A stretch of DNA of 64,000 nt from Vulcanimicrobiota bacterium. Lineage in GTDB: Bacteria > Vulcanimicrobiota > Vulcanimicrobiia > Vulcanimicrobiales > Vulcanimicrobiaceae. Location: positions 909,569 through 973,568 of the forward strand of contig CAWIDM010000003.1 in the NCBI GenBank assembly GCA_963834895.1. The letters are read 5' to 3'. The notes beneath the pieces were generated by a model, which was not told where the DNA came from, searched no databases, and worked only from the letters and a program-made list of their open reading frames with translations. Below, piece after piece: positions 39,762 through 49,084 of the stretch (the stretch's first letter is position 1; each line of letters begins with the position of its first letter). The translations under genes and the position numbers were made by a program.

Positions 39762-40978
39762 GGGCGCGGGGTGACCGCTTCGAGTGCGTCCGCAAAGCGC
39801 TCGAGGAAGTACCCGACGGCCTCGTCGTCGATCACGAGGGGCGGAGCGACCCGTAGGACGTCGCGGCGCGTATCCTTGGCCGCCACGCCGCGTTCGAGCA
39901 ACGCCTCGGAGAGCCGGTGAGCCGGAAATCGAAGCGCGACGCCGATGAGCAGGCCGCGACCTCGAATCTGCGCGATCGAGGGCGACGCGATGGCCTTCAA
40001 CCCGGCGACGATGGAGGCGCCCGCGCGACGCGCTCGCGAGGGGAGCTCCTCGGAAACGACGACGTCGAGGGCCGCGTCCGCCACCGCCGAAGCGAGCGGA
40101 TTCCCGCCGAACGTGCTGCCATGATCGCCGGGCGCGAAGAGAGCCATCAAGTCGTCGTTCGCCAGGGCCGCGGAGACGGGGTAGTAGCCCCCGCCGAGCG
40201 CCTTCCCGACGATCAGCACGTCCGGCTTTACGCCTTCGTAGTCGCAGGCGAACATCTCGCCGGTTCGGCCGAATCCGGTCTGCACTTCGTCGGCGAGCAA
40301 GAGCACTCGGCGCTCGCTGCAGAGCGCGCGAACGCGTCGCAAGTAGCCGTCGGGCGGGACGTTCACTCCCCCTTCGCCTTGAATCGGTTCGATCAGAATC
40401 GCGCAGGTGTTTGGAGCGATCGCCCCTTCGAGCGCATCGAAGTCGCCGAAGGGAACGCAAACGAAGCCCGGCAGAAACGGACCGAAGCCCGCGCGATACT
40501 CCGGCGTCGTGCTGGCGCTGACGGCGGCGATCGTGCGCCCGTGAAAGTTGTTCTCGAAGACGACGATCTCGGCGCGATCTTCTACGATTCCCTTGGCTGC
40601 GTAACCCCACCGGCGAGCAAGCTTGATCGCGGTCTCGACTGCCTCGACGCCGGTGTTCATCGGCACGGCTTTGTCGTAACCGCAGAGACGCGTCAGCTTC
40701 GCGAGGAACCCGGGCATCCGATCGTTATGCAGCGCGCGCGACGTGAGCGTGAGCCGCCGTGCCTGTTCGACGAGCGCGGCGTGGACACGAGGATGACAAT
40801 GTCCGACGTTGAGGGCCGAGTAGGCGCTGATGCAGTCGAGATACCGTTTGCCGGCGAGGTCCCAAAGCCAGACGCCCTCGCCTCGCTCGGCGACGAGATC
40901 GAGCGGCGCGTAGTTGCGGGCCCCGTACCGCTCCTCTTCGGAGATCAATTCTCTCGCACGGTCCGACAGGAGATACAC
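39758..40978 (-). CDS. rocD: Ornithine aminotransferase (class III)
   Basis: EERYGARNYAPLDLV, LLADEVQTGFGRTGEMFA and the PLP-lysine motif VGKALGGGYYPVSA. GTG 40978 gives the expected length of about 406 aa. The track start at 41227 is probably an over-extension. Confidence 0.8.
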   Translation of the reverse strand: MYLLSDRARELISEEERYGARNYAPLDLVAERGEGVWLWDLAGKRYLDCISAYSALNVGHCHPRVHAALVEQARRLTLTSRALHNDRMPGFLAKLTRLCGYDKAVPMNTGVEAVETAIKLARRWGYAAKGIVEDRAEIVVFENNFHGRTIAAVSASTTPEYRAGFGPFLPGFVCVPFGDFDALEGAIAPNTCAILIEPIQGEGGVNVPPDGYLRRVRALCSERRVLLLADEVQTGFGRTGEMFACDYEGVKPDVLIVGKALGGGYYPVSAALANDDLMALFAPGDHGSTFGGNPLASAVADAALDVVVSEELPSRARRAGASIVAGLKAIASPSIAQIRGRGLLIGVALRFPAHRLSEALLERGVAAKDTRRDVLRVAPPLVIDDEAVGYFLERFADALEAVTPRP

Positions 40979-41086
40979 GGCGTGGCTGTTAAGGAATTTT
41001 CCTTGGCTACCTGCTTTGACCGTCTCGAGCGGCTTATCGCTCGCGACCACCCCGGCGTCGCCGCCGGCGGACGCACGATTGCCTGC

Positions 41087-41872
41087 GTGCATTCGTCGCG
41101 GCGGGAGCGTGCGGTCGTTCTTCTCCACGGCATGAGCGCGAGCCCGATGCAATTCGAGCGCGTGGCAAACGATCTGCACCGCCGCGGGCACAACGTGCTC
41201 GTTCCCCGTCTCCCTCACCACGGTCACGCCAATCCGCTCTCAACCGCGCTCGCGCGACTTCAGGCCGAAGAGCTTTACGACGCGGTGGCCGAGTACGTTG
41301 CGATCGCGCAGGAGCTCGGCGAGCGCGTGACGGTTGCGGGATTCTCGCTCGGCGGTCTGCTCGCGGCTTGGGCCGCACAGCACCATGAGATCGAGCGCGC
41401 CGTTCCGATCGCGCCCTTCTTCGGAGTCTCCTGGATTCCGAACCGGTTGATGGGCCCCGTTGCCGAGCGGTTGCTGCGCGTGCCGAATCGCTTTCACTGG
41501 TGGAATCCGATCCTTCGCGAACGGCAATACCTCGCGACGAGCGGTTATCCGCGTTATGCGACGCACGCGATCGCGCATTCGTACCGCATCGCACGCTCGC
41601 TGCTCGACGAAGCTCGCGCGAATCGTCCGGTCGCCGAACACGTTACTATCGTCGCCAACGCAACCGAACTCGCGGTCAACAACTACGCGATTCGGCGCCT
41701 CTACGAAACGTGGCGCCGGCATCGTCCCGAGGGCGTCGAGCTGGCCATACTCACCGGGCTGCCGCTCTCGCACGACATCGTCTCACCGCTGCGCCGCCGG
41801 CGCCTCGCCGATCGCGTGCATCCGCATCTCCTGCGTGCGATCGATCCGGTCGCGGCGGTCCAAACGGCCTAA
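41087..41872 (+). CDS. Alpha/beta-fold hydrolase
   Basis: Only the C-terminal third of the 651-aa track ORF looks like real protein. It carries VVLLHGMSASP (oxyanion HG) and the nucleophile elbow GFSLGG. The GTG 41087 start is tentative. Confidence 0.65.
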   Translation: MHSSRRERAVVLLHGMSASPMQFERVANDLHRRGHNVLVPRLPHHGHANPLSTALARLQAEELYDAVAEYVAIAQELGERVTVAGFSLGGLLAAWAAQHHEIERAVPIAPFFGVSWIPNRLMGPVAERLLRVPNRFHWWNPILRERQYLATSGYPRYATHAIAHSYRIARSLLDEARANRPVAEHVTIVANATELAVNNYAIRRLYETWRRHRPEGVELAILTGLPLSHDIVSPLRRRRLADRVHPHLLRAIDPVAAVQTA

Positions 41873-43422
41873 TTGTAGTTGCGCAGCTTCGGCCAGACCG
41901 AAGCGAGCGGCGTCGTGATCCCCTCGCAAATCGAGATGGGGAATCCGTTCTCAAACGGGCGTCCCCACGGATTCGAAAATCGCGCCACGATGCGGTGAAC
42001 TCGGAAGAGGTGCGCATCCCGGTCGCATTCTCCGTGAACGTCGATCACGACGTTGCCGGTATAGCCGCGCGTCCCCCACATCCAATACTGATTGTGACCC
42101 GAGAGCACCGGCGGCAGGCCGTACTCCGCTCCGAAGAAATCGATCGCCGAAGCCTCACCGTAGTTGCTGGCAAGAATCGCCGCCTGGGCGCGCTTCGCGG
42201 GCGGCAACGAATAGTAGATTTGGGCGACGAGAGCCGCGAGCTCGCGCCATCCGTGCATGTCAGCCCAGTCGGGCGGCAGGTTGCCGATTCTGGTGCGTTC
42301 CGATTTTGCGAGCTTCACCTCGTGCGCCAACATCGTTTGCGCGACGCGGTCGTAGGCCGACATAGTTCGCTCCGGCAAGACCGGCATGAGCAGCGGGACG
42401 AGCAGGAGGCCCGCGCCCAGAACGTAGAGGGCGAGCGCCGGGCGCCAAACCATCTTCGTTTGAGTCCAGGCTTCGATCGTCACCGCGCCCGCGGCGATGA
42501 GGATCGGGTAGACGTCGCCGGGATAATAATCCTTTCCGTGGAGCAGAATCATCTGCGCGATCAGCGCGAGGTAGGCGATGCCGAGAAAGCGCGCGTCGCT
42601 GCGGCGCAGTAACGCGAACAATCCGATGACGGAAACCGGCGCGAACAGCGGGTGCACGATCATCACCTGCGTGACGATGTAATCGAGAGCGGAGAGCTGC
42701 GCGTTCTTATACTCGCCGGCGTTTCGGAGCAACGACCACATCGGGTACCCGTGGCTCGCCTGCCACAGGAAGCTCGGAAGAGCGATTGCCCCAGCCAGGA
42801 ATACGCCGCCGAAAAACCACGGCGTCAGCAGAACGCGCCGCTGGGGCACGAGCAGCAGTCCCGCAAGCATCGACACGGCGAAGAAGACGACGCTGTACTT
42901 GCTCTCCAACGCGACGCCGAGGACCGCGCCGACAGCGAGCCACCAGCGAGGGTCGCCACCCTTCACGATGCGCAACACGTAGAGCGCCGCAAGTGGCCAG
43001 AGCCACAAGCCGACGATATCGGTCGTGATCGTCGTCCCGAAGTGCATCAAAGCCGGAGTCAGCGCGGCAACGAGCGCGGCGAAGAACTCGGCGAAGGCGC
43101 CGCCGCCCAGCTCGATCGCGAGCAGGCAGGTCATGTAGACCGAGGCGGCCGCAAAGAACGCGGGAACCGCTCGCAGTAGAAAGAGCGAGTGTCCAAAAAG
43201 TTGCGAACCGGCGGCCAGAAGCGGCACGATCGGCGGCTGGTCGACGTAGCCCCAGGCCGGGCGGAAGCCGCAGATCACAAAGTACAGCTCGTCGCGAAAG
43301 AAGCCGTAGTGCGGGTTGGCGATCAGATGCACGATCAGCGTCGCGAGCGCCGCGGCCGCCGGGATGGCGCGGACCCGAAGCGCTGTGCTTGGGCGCGAAC
43401 GCCCGCTTCGATCGCCTACCAT
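41869..43422 (-). CDS. GT-C glycosyltransferase, family 39/PMT_2-like (copy A)
   Basis: Polytopic membrane protein. It has [11 protein letters not shown] in the first loop (DE-type motif) and a C-terminal soluble domain. It is a paralog of 47241-48755. ATG 43422 is needed to include TM1, which is conserved with copy B. Confidence 0.75.
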   Translation of the reverse strand: MVGDRSGRSRPSTALRVRAIPAAAALATLIVHLIANPHYGFFRDELYFVICGFRPAWGYVDQPPIVPLLAAGSQLFGHSLFLLRAVPAFFAAASVYMTCLLAIELGGGAFAEFFAALVAALTPALMHFGTTITTDIVGLWLWPLAALYVLRIVKGGDPRWWLAVGAVLGVALESKYSVVFFAVSMLAGLLLVPQRRVLLTPWFFGGVFLAGAIALPSFLWQASHGYPMWSLLRNAGEYKNAQLSALDYIVTQVMIVHPLFAPVSVIGLFALLRRSDARFLGIAYLALIAQMILLHGKDYYPGDVYPILIAAGAVTIEAWTQTKMVWRPALALYVLGAGLLLVPLLMPVLPERTMSAYDRVAQTMLAHEVKLAKSERTRIGNLPPDWADMHGWRELAALVAQIYYSLPPAKRAQAAILASNYGEASAIDFFGAEYGLPPVLSGHNQYWMWGTRGYTGNVVIDVHGECDRDAHLFRVHRIVARFSNPWGRPFENGFPISICEGITTPLASVWPKLRNYN

Positions 43423-43947
43423 GATGAAGAGTGGGGTGTGCCGCTCCACGGCGACTCTTCCCTTTTCGAGTTGCTCGTACTCGAAGGGGCGCAGGCCGGT
43501 CTCTCGTGGGAGACGGTGCTGCGCAAGCGCTCTCGTTACCGCGAGCAATTTGCGGGCTTCGATCCGGCACGAGTCGCGCGGTTCACGCCGGCGCGGATCG
43601 AGCGGCTCCTGCGAGATCCGGGCATCATTCGAAACCGCGCCAAGATCGAATCGGCGATCGACAACGCGCGAGCCGTGCTGCGCGTGCAAAAGGAGTTTGG
43701 AAGCTTCGACGCGTTCCTGTGGGGCTTGGTCGGCGGAGCGCCGATCGTCAACCGGCGCCGGCGCATCGAGCAGCTTCCCGCTGCAACCGACGAATCGCGT
43801 GCGTTGAGCGCCGAGCTGCGGCGACGCGGGTTCCGCTTCGTGGGCCCGACGATTTGTTATTCGTTCATGCAGGCGGCCGGAATGGTGAACGACCACCTCG
43901 TCGACTGCGCGTGGTACCGCTCCGCCCGATCGTTCGAGAAGGAGTAA
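43327..43947 (+). CDS. tag: DNA-3-methyladenine glycosylase I
   Basis: KRCAWA...IAYHDEEWGVP, LEGAQAGLSW, GPTICYSFMQAAGMVNDHLVDC. The Zn ligands (Cys, His, His, Cys) are all present. ATG 43327 is the only canonical start upstream of the essential Cys codon at 43384. Confidence 0.85.
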   Translation: MHDQRRERRGRRDGADPKRCAWARTPASIAYHDEEWGVPLHGDSSLFELLVLEGAQAGLSWETVLRKRSRYREQFAGFDPARVARFTPARIERLLRDPGIIRNRAKIESAIDNARAVLRVQKEFGSFDAFLWGLVGGAPIVNRRRRIEQLPAATDESRALSAELRRRGFRFVGPTICYSFMQAAGMVNDHLVDCAWYRSARSFEKE

Positions 43948-43982
43948 GGCAGCGCTCTTGGGCATGCAGCGGCGTGAAGAGC

Positions 43983-45338
43983 ATGATCGTTCGAAAAAGC
44001 AAGACGCCGGTTGCCATTGGTCTCATCCTCGCGATTTTTGGGCTGGCTGCGTGCCACGGCTACGGGCTCCCGTTCGGCGCTCCGATCGAGAGCGCGGGCG
44101 ATCGCGGCGCGGGGCGTCACGCGGCGACGCCGATCCAGCACGTGGTCGTAATCGTTCAGGAGAATCGGACGCCGGATTATCTCTTCCAAGGCATACCGGG
44201 CGCCGACATCGCGAAATACGCTATTGACTCGCAGGGCGAGCGCGTGCCGCTGCGCCAGATTTCGCTGCGCACGCAGTGGGACCTCAAACACTCCCATGCC
44301 GCGTTCCTCAGAGATTACGACCATGGCAAGATGGACGGTTTCGATGCGGGATTACCGGAACAGTTCCACCTTCGGCCCTTCGGCTATGCACCCGAATCCG
44401 AGGTTGCGCCCTATCACGAGATGGCGAAAGAGTACGCGTTCGCCGACCATATGTTTCAGAGCAATCAAGGGCCGAGCTTTCCCGCGCACTTGTACATCGT
44501 GAGCGGCACGGGCGGCGATCCCGCCATCGCTCCGTATAAGGCCGCGAGCAATCCGCACGACCGGATCAACGGAAGGCCCGCGCCCGGCGGTTGCGACGCG
44601 CGCCGGTCGGTCTACGTCGAGACGATCGATCCGCGCGATGGGGATCCCGGCCCCAAACCCTTCCCATGCTTCAATCGCGCGGTGCTTTCCGATCTTCTGC
44701 ACGCCGAGCACGTGACGTGGCACTACTACCAGCCGCATCGCGGGGCGGGCCGCTGGGAGGCGATGGACGCGTATCGCCACGTTCGCTACAGCCGGCAGTA
44801 CCAGAACGTGATCTGGCCGTCGCAGACGATTCTCACCGACATCAAGCAGGGCCGTCTGGCGAACGTATCGTGGGTGATCCCCGCCGGCGCTTGGTCGGAC
44901 CACGCGGGGCGTCTCGGCTCCACGAAAGGGCCTTCGTGGGTCGCGGCGATCGTCAATGCCGTGGGCGAGAGCAAGTATTGGAGGAGCACGGCGATCTTCA
45001 TCACGTGGGACGATTGGGGCGGCTGGTACGACCACGTCCCGCCGACCATTTACAATTCGTACGAGCTTGGTTTTCGCGTCCCGCTCGTCGTCGTTTCGCC
45101 CTACGCCAAGCGAGGCTACGTCTCGAAAGTCCATCACGAGTTCGGGAGCATCCTGGCCTTTACCGAAGAGACGTTCGGCATTCCGAAAGGCGCACTTGGC
45201 TCGACGGATCGCCGCGCCGACGACCTCATGGACCTCTTCGATTTTAAGCAGAATCCGCGGGAGTTTCACCGCATCGACGCTCCGCCGTTTCATCCGGGAA
45301 ACGACGCCGAGCAGACCGTCGAGGATGAGGACCCCTAG
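43983..45338 (+). CDS. Phosphoesterase-family lipoprotein (phospholipase C / AcpA acid phosphatase type)
   Basis: Lipobox LAAC after a signal peptide. IQHVVVIVQENRTPDYLF is typical of the phosphoesterase family. The C-terminal region has ITWDDWGGWYDHVPP. Confidence 0.75.
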   Translation: MIVRKSKTPVAIGLILAIFGLAACHGYGLPFGAPIESAGDRGAGRHAATPIQHVVVIVQENRTPDYLFQGIPGADIAKYAIDSQGERVPLRQISLRTQWDLKHSHAAFLRDYDHGKMDGFDAGLPEQFHLRPFGYAPESEVAPYHEMAKEYAFADHMFQSNQGPSFPAHLYIVSGTGGDPAIAPYKAASNPHDRINGRPAPGGCDARRSVYVETIDPRDGDPGPKPFPCFNRAVLSDLLHAEHVTWHYYQPHRGAGRWEAMDAYRHVRYSRQYQNVIWPSQTILTDIKQGRLANVSWVIPAGAWSDHAGRLGSTKGPSWVAAIVNAVGESKYWRSTAIFITWDDWGGWYDHVPPTIYNSYELGFRVPLVVVSPYAKRGYVSKVHHEFGSILAFTEETFGIPKGALGSTDRRADDLMDLFDFKQNPREFHRIDAPPFHPGNDAEQTVEDEDP

Positions 45339-45607
45339 TGTGCTGTCCCAGAAGTTCGGTGCATAAAGTCGCGAGCGCCGGAGCGCACTGGCGAGGCGCG
45401 AGGAGGGAGCGTAGCCGTAGCTCTGTGACCGACGAGCAACAAAGCCAGTGCGCATCCGCCGCCGCGACCCTTCGGGCTGGCCGTTTGACGGTCGCGGGCT
45501 GCGTCACTCTTCGCTCGCAAAGCGCTGCTTTTGTCGCTCATCGTTCCTTGCCCGCACTCCACCAAACGGCCAGCTTTATACATCGAACTCCTGGGACAGC
45601 ACACTAG
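45335..45607. mobile_element. MITE-like element E1 (273 bp, 34-bp TIRs, non-autonomous)
   Basis: CTAGTGTGCTGTCCCAGAAGTTCGGTGCATAAAG at 45335-45368 pairs with its inverted partner at 45574-45607, with 3 mismatches in 34. A near-identical copy lies at 56216-56488 in inverted orientation. Confidence 0.8.
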
Positions 45608-45615
45608 GGAACCTC

Positions 45616-47241
45616 CTAGGAACCGAAGAGCTCGCGCAGTTTAAACTTCTGAATCTTGCCGGTGACGGTCATCGGAAAGGAATCGGTAAAGCGGACGTAG
45701 TGCGGAATCTTGAAGTGCGCGATCCGGCCGCGGCAGAACTCGCGCAGATCTTCTTGCGTCAACGCCGCTCCATCGTGCAGGATGACCCAAGCGCAGAGCT
45801 GTTCGCCGAACGTTTCGTCGGGAACGCCGACGACGCTGACGTCCCGGATCGCGGGGTGGCCGAAAAGAAACTCTTCGATCTCTCGCGGATAGATATTCTC
45901 GCCGCCGCGAATGACCATATCCTTGACACGGCCGCAGACGCTAACGTACCCATCGTCGTCCATGATCCCGATGTCGCCCGTATGCATGTAGCGTGCGGGA
46001 TCGATCGCAGCCGCGGTGCTCTCGGGGTCGTTCCAGTAGCCGAGCATCACGAGGTAACCGCGCGCACAGATTTCGCCCGGCGTGCCGCGCGCAACGGTTT
46101 CGCCGCGCTCGTCGACGATTTTCGCCTCTACGTGCGGATGCACGCGGCCGACCGTCGCGACCCGCTTCTCGACCGGATCGTCGGTCGCGGTTTGAAACGA
46201 GCACGGCGAGGTTTCGGTCATGCCGTACGCGATCGTTACTTCTTCCATGTGCATCTCGCCGCGCACGCGCTTCATCACCTCGATCGGGCAGGGCGCTCCC
46301 GCCATGACCCCCGTCCGAAGCGAAGTAACGTCGTAGGATGAAAAATCCGGTAGCGCCAGCTCGGCGATGAACATCGTCGGCACGCCGTAGAGCGAGGTGC
46401 AACGCTCGGATTCCACGGCCGCCAGCGTGGCTTGCGGGTCGAAAGCCGGAGCGGGAATCACGATCGTGGCGCCGTGCGTAACGCAGCCGAGCGTGCCGAG
46501 CACCGATCCGAAGCAGTGGTAGAACGGAACCGGAACGCAGACGCGATCCTCGGCCCTATAGTGCAAAACTTCACCGATGAAGAAGGCGTTGTTCACGATG
46601 TTGTGGTGCGATAGCGTGGCTCCCTTGGGAAAGCCGGTCGTTCCCGACGTGTACTGGATGTTTACGGGCCGGTCGCACTGCGTCGCGCGCTGCCGGTCGC
46701 GCAGCGCGGCGGGGTCGACGCGCTGTGATATCGCCGTGAGGTCGCTCCAGTGCAGATCGCCGGCCCGGCGCGGCTCGCGGTCGCCGATTGCGACCGCGCA
46801 TCGCAACGCGGGCAATCCGTCGCGCACTTCTTCGAGCATTGCCAGATAGTCGCTCGTCTTGGAGTGGGTCTGCAGCAGGAGCACCGAGACCCCGCTCTGG
46901 CTCAGCGCGTAAGCGAGCTCCGCAGTACGATAAGCGGGATTGACGTTGACCAGAATCGCACCGATCTTTGCAACCGCAAACTGTGCGAGGGCCCACTCCG
47001 TGCAGTTCGTCGCCCAAATGCCGACGCGCTCGCCCTGCTCGACGGGCAACGCGATGAGAGCCTGCGCGATCTGATCGCTCGCGCGCTGCAGGTCGCGATA
47101 GGTTAGGCGAATCCCTTGGCTGCAGGAGACCAGCGCGTCCCGTTGTGGGTATATCGCGGCAATCCGATCGAGAAGATCGCCGATGGTGTCGCCTGTCAGC
47201 GGCGTGGCGCTTGCGCCCTGTGCGTAGCTCGGCGCAGGCAT
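45616..47241 (-). CDS. AMP-forming acyl-CoA synthetase
   Basis: 541 aa with AMP-binding motif [12 protein letters not shown], plus GYWNDPE and TGDIG...[16 protein letters not shown]. Its ATG shares one base with the GT39-B stop (TAATG). Confidence 0.9.
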   Translation of the reverse strand: MPAPSYAQGASATPLTGDTIGDLLDRIAAIYPQRDALVSCSQGIRLTYRDLQRASDQIAQALIALPVEQGERVGIWATNCTEWALAQFAVAKIGAILVNVNPAYRTAELAYALSQSGVSVLLLQTHSKTSDYLAMLEEVRDGLPALRCAVAIGDREPRRAGDLHWSDLTAISQRVDPAALRDRQRATQCDRPVNIQYTSGTTGFPKGATLSHHNIVNNAFFIGEVLHYRAEDRVCVPVPFYHCFGSVLGTLGCVTHGATIVIPAPAFDPQATLAAVESERCTSLYGVPTMFIAELALPDFSSYDVTSLRTGVMAGAPCPIEVMKRVRGEMHMEEVTIAYGMTETSPCSFQTATDDPVEKRVATVGRVHPHVEAKIVDERGETVARGTPGEICARGYLVMLGYWNDPESTAAAIDPARYMHTGDIGIMDDDGYVSVCGRVKDMVIRGGENIYPREIEEFLFGHPAIRDVSVVGVPDETFGEQLCAWVILHDGAALTQEDLREFCRGRIAHFKIPHYVRFTDSFPMTVTGKIQKFKLRELFGS

Positions 47242-48755
47242 TAGATATAGACGCGAAGCTGGGGCCAGAGGGCGGCGAGCGGCTTGGTGATGCCGGTGCA
47301 GATCGAGATCGGTATGTCCTGCTCGTACGAGATCACCCAGGGCGGATTAAATCGGGTGACCAACCGCGCGGCGCGAAAAAGTCCGGGAAAATCGTGGCGC
47401 CCGCAGTCGCCGTCGACGTCGATGACGACGTTGCCGGTATATCCGTGAATTCCCCAAAGCCAGTAATTGTTATGTCCGGAGAGCGCCGGCGGCAGGCCGT
47501 ACTTCGCCCCAAAGAAGTCGATCGCGGCCGCCTCGCCGTAGTTGCTCGCAACGATTGCCGCTTGATCTCGCTGCGCCGCCGGAAGTGCATAGTAGATGCC
47601 CGATACCGTTGCGGCGAGCTCCGGCCAGCCATGCATATCGGCCCAGTCCTCGGGCAGGGCTGCGGTGCGGTGCCGTTCGGTCGCGAGCGCGGATCGCGGG
47701 ATGTGGAGCGCGCGCGCGGCGAAGGAAGTGTAACGCAGCATTGCCGTTTCGGAGAGCACCGGCAGCGCGAATGGTGCGAAGAAAGCGCCCGCCGCAATCG
47801 TCGCCGCCACGACGGCGCCGCGCACCACGTACGCCCGCTGCGTCCAGCCCTCAATTGCGGCGCCGCCGGCCGCGATCAGGATCGGATAGACGTCGGCGGG
47901 ATAGTAGTACTTCGCGTGCAGCGCGACCATTATCGCAATGAGGATGAGATAGGCATACCCGAGGAAGCGCGTCACCCGTCCGCGGAGCAGCCAAATCAGT
48001 CCGATTATCCAGATGGGCCACGTAAAAAGATTTGTAACGAGCAGTTGCTGGAAAAGAAAGAGTCCGGGGGCGGCGACGACGTTCTTTCGGTTGGCGCCGT
48101 TGCGCAGCAGCTCCCACATCGGAAAACCATGGAATGCTTGCCAGAGGAAGTCGGGCAGCGCGATGAGCGCGGCGACGGCGGCGCCGGCTAAGAACCAACG
48201 CGATGCGAGCACGCGCCGCTGCGGAGTGAGCGCCAAACCCGCGAGCAGCGCCACGGCAAAGAAGAGCACGCTGTACTTGCTCTCAAGCGCGATCCCGACC
48301 GCTGTGCCGGCGGCGATCCACCAGCGCGGATCGGCTCCCTTGACGATGCGCAGCACGCAGAGCGCCGTAAGCGGCCAGAGCCAGAGGCCGACCATATCCG
48401 GTCCGACCTTGGCGCCGAAGCTCTCGAGAACCGGCGCCCCGAGGTACGCGAGGGTTGCAAGCGAGGCGGCAAAGACTCCGCCTCCGAGCTCGTATGCAAG
48501 CAAGCACGTCACGTACGCGCCGCCTGCCGCAAAGAGCGCCGCAACCGCGCGCAGCGCGAAGAGCGAATGGCCGAAAAGCTGGGAGCCGGCGGCGAGAAGC
48601 GGCACGACCGGCGGTTGATCGACGTAGCCCCACGCCGGATGGAAGCCGCAAATGATGAAGTAGAGCTCGTCGCGGAAGAAGCCGTAGTGCGGATTGGCCG
48701 CGAGGTGAATGCCGAGCGTGACGAGCGCGGCGATCGCCGCGACCCTCGTTCGCAC
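47241..48755 (-). CDS. GT-C glycosyltransferase, family 39/PMT_2-like (copy B)
   Basis: 504 aa. It has the same architecture and motifs as copy A ([18 protein letters not shown], the C-terminal [12 protein letters not shown]...GHNNYW...ISIC). GTG start at 48755. Confidence 0.8.
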   Translation of the reverse strand: MRTRVAAIAALVTLGIHLAANPHYGFFRDELYFIICGFHPAWGYVDQPPVVPLLAAGSQLFGHSLFALRAVAALFAAGGAYVTCLLAYELGGGVFAASLATLAYLGAPVLESFGAKVGPDMVGLWLWPLTALCVLRIVKGADPRWWIAAGTAVGIALESKYSVLFFAVALLAGLALTPQRRVLASRWFLAGAAVAALIALPDFLWQAFHGFPMWELLRNGANRKNVVAAPGLFLFQQLLVTNLFTWPIWIIGLIWLLRGRVTRFLGYAYLILIAIMVALHAKYYYPADVYPILIAAGGAAIEGWTQRAYVVRGAVVAATIAAGAFFAPFALPVLSETAMLRYTSFAARALHIPRSALATERHRTAALPEDWADMHGWPELAATVSGIYYALPAAQRDQAAIVASNYGEAAAIDFFGAKYGLPPALSGHNNYWLWGIHGYTGNVVIDVDGDCGRHDFPGLFRAARLVTRFNPPWVISYEQDIPISICTGITKPLAALWPQLRVYI

Positions 48756-48764
48756 CTGAGGTTC

Positions 48765-49061
48765 CTAAGTGGGGTCGAAGGCGTCGCTGCGAATCATCGC
48801 CTCGGAGATCTCGCGTGCCCGGCGATAACGGCCGCGCGCCGCATCGTTCACTTCGGCCGGAAGCTCTGCGAGAATCCGTTCGAGCTCTTCGCCGAACGTC
48901 GTGCCGATCGAGTCGGGGGTGTAGCCCTCCCGGTAACGGAGCCGCTGCGCGATCATCAGCCGGTAGATTCGGTCGGTCGCGAGATCTTCCATGTACCCGT
49001 CGAGCAGGCTCGCTCCGCGCCCCTCAAGGATGCCGTTGCGATAGCGAATCACGCTGCGCAC
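48765..49061 (-). pseudogene. Malate synthase C-terminal-domain relic (98 codons, possibly still translated)
   Basis: VRSVIRYRNGILEGRGASLLDGYMEDLATDRIYRLMIAQRLRY aligns to the malate synthase A segment [44 protein letters not shown]. The tail GRYRRAREISEAMIRSDAFDPT aligns to GRFDDAARLMEQITTSDELIDFLT. About 430 N-terminal residues are missing. Confidence 0.5.
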
Positions 49062-49084
49062 CGCCGCGCGCGTCCCCTCGATCG

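Noticed and set aside
41869-43965. The 698-aa minus-strand ORF read as a single protein.
   Set aside because: Only the C-terminal 517 codons are GT39-like. The N-terminal part is the antisense of an intact tag gene.
45338-45607. ORFs inside the MITE-like elements: MCCPRSS... on both strands of E1, MCRPRSS... and MSDKSS... in E2, and 58708-58941(-) in E3.
   Set aside because: They begin and end in the terminal inverted repeats. E1/E2 versus E3 differ by indels that are not multiples of three within the homologous core. No convincing SD is present.
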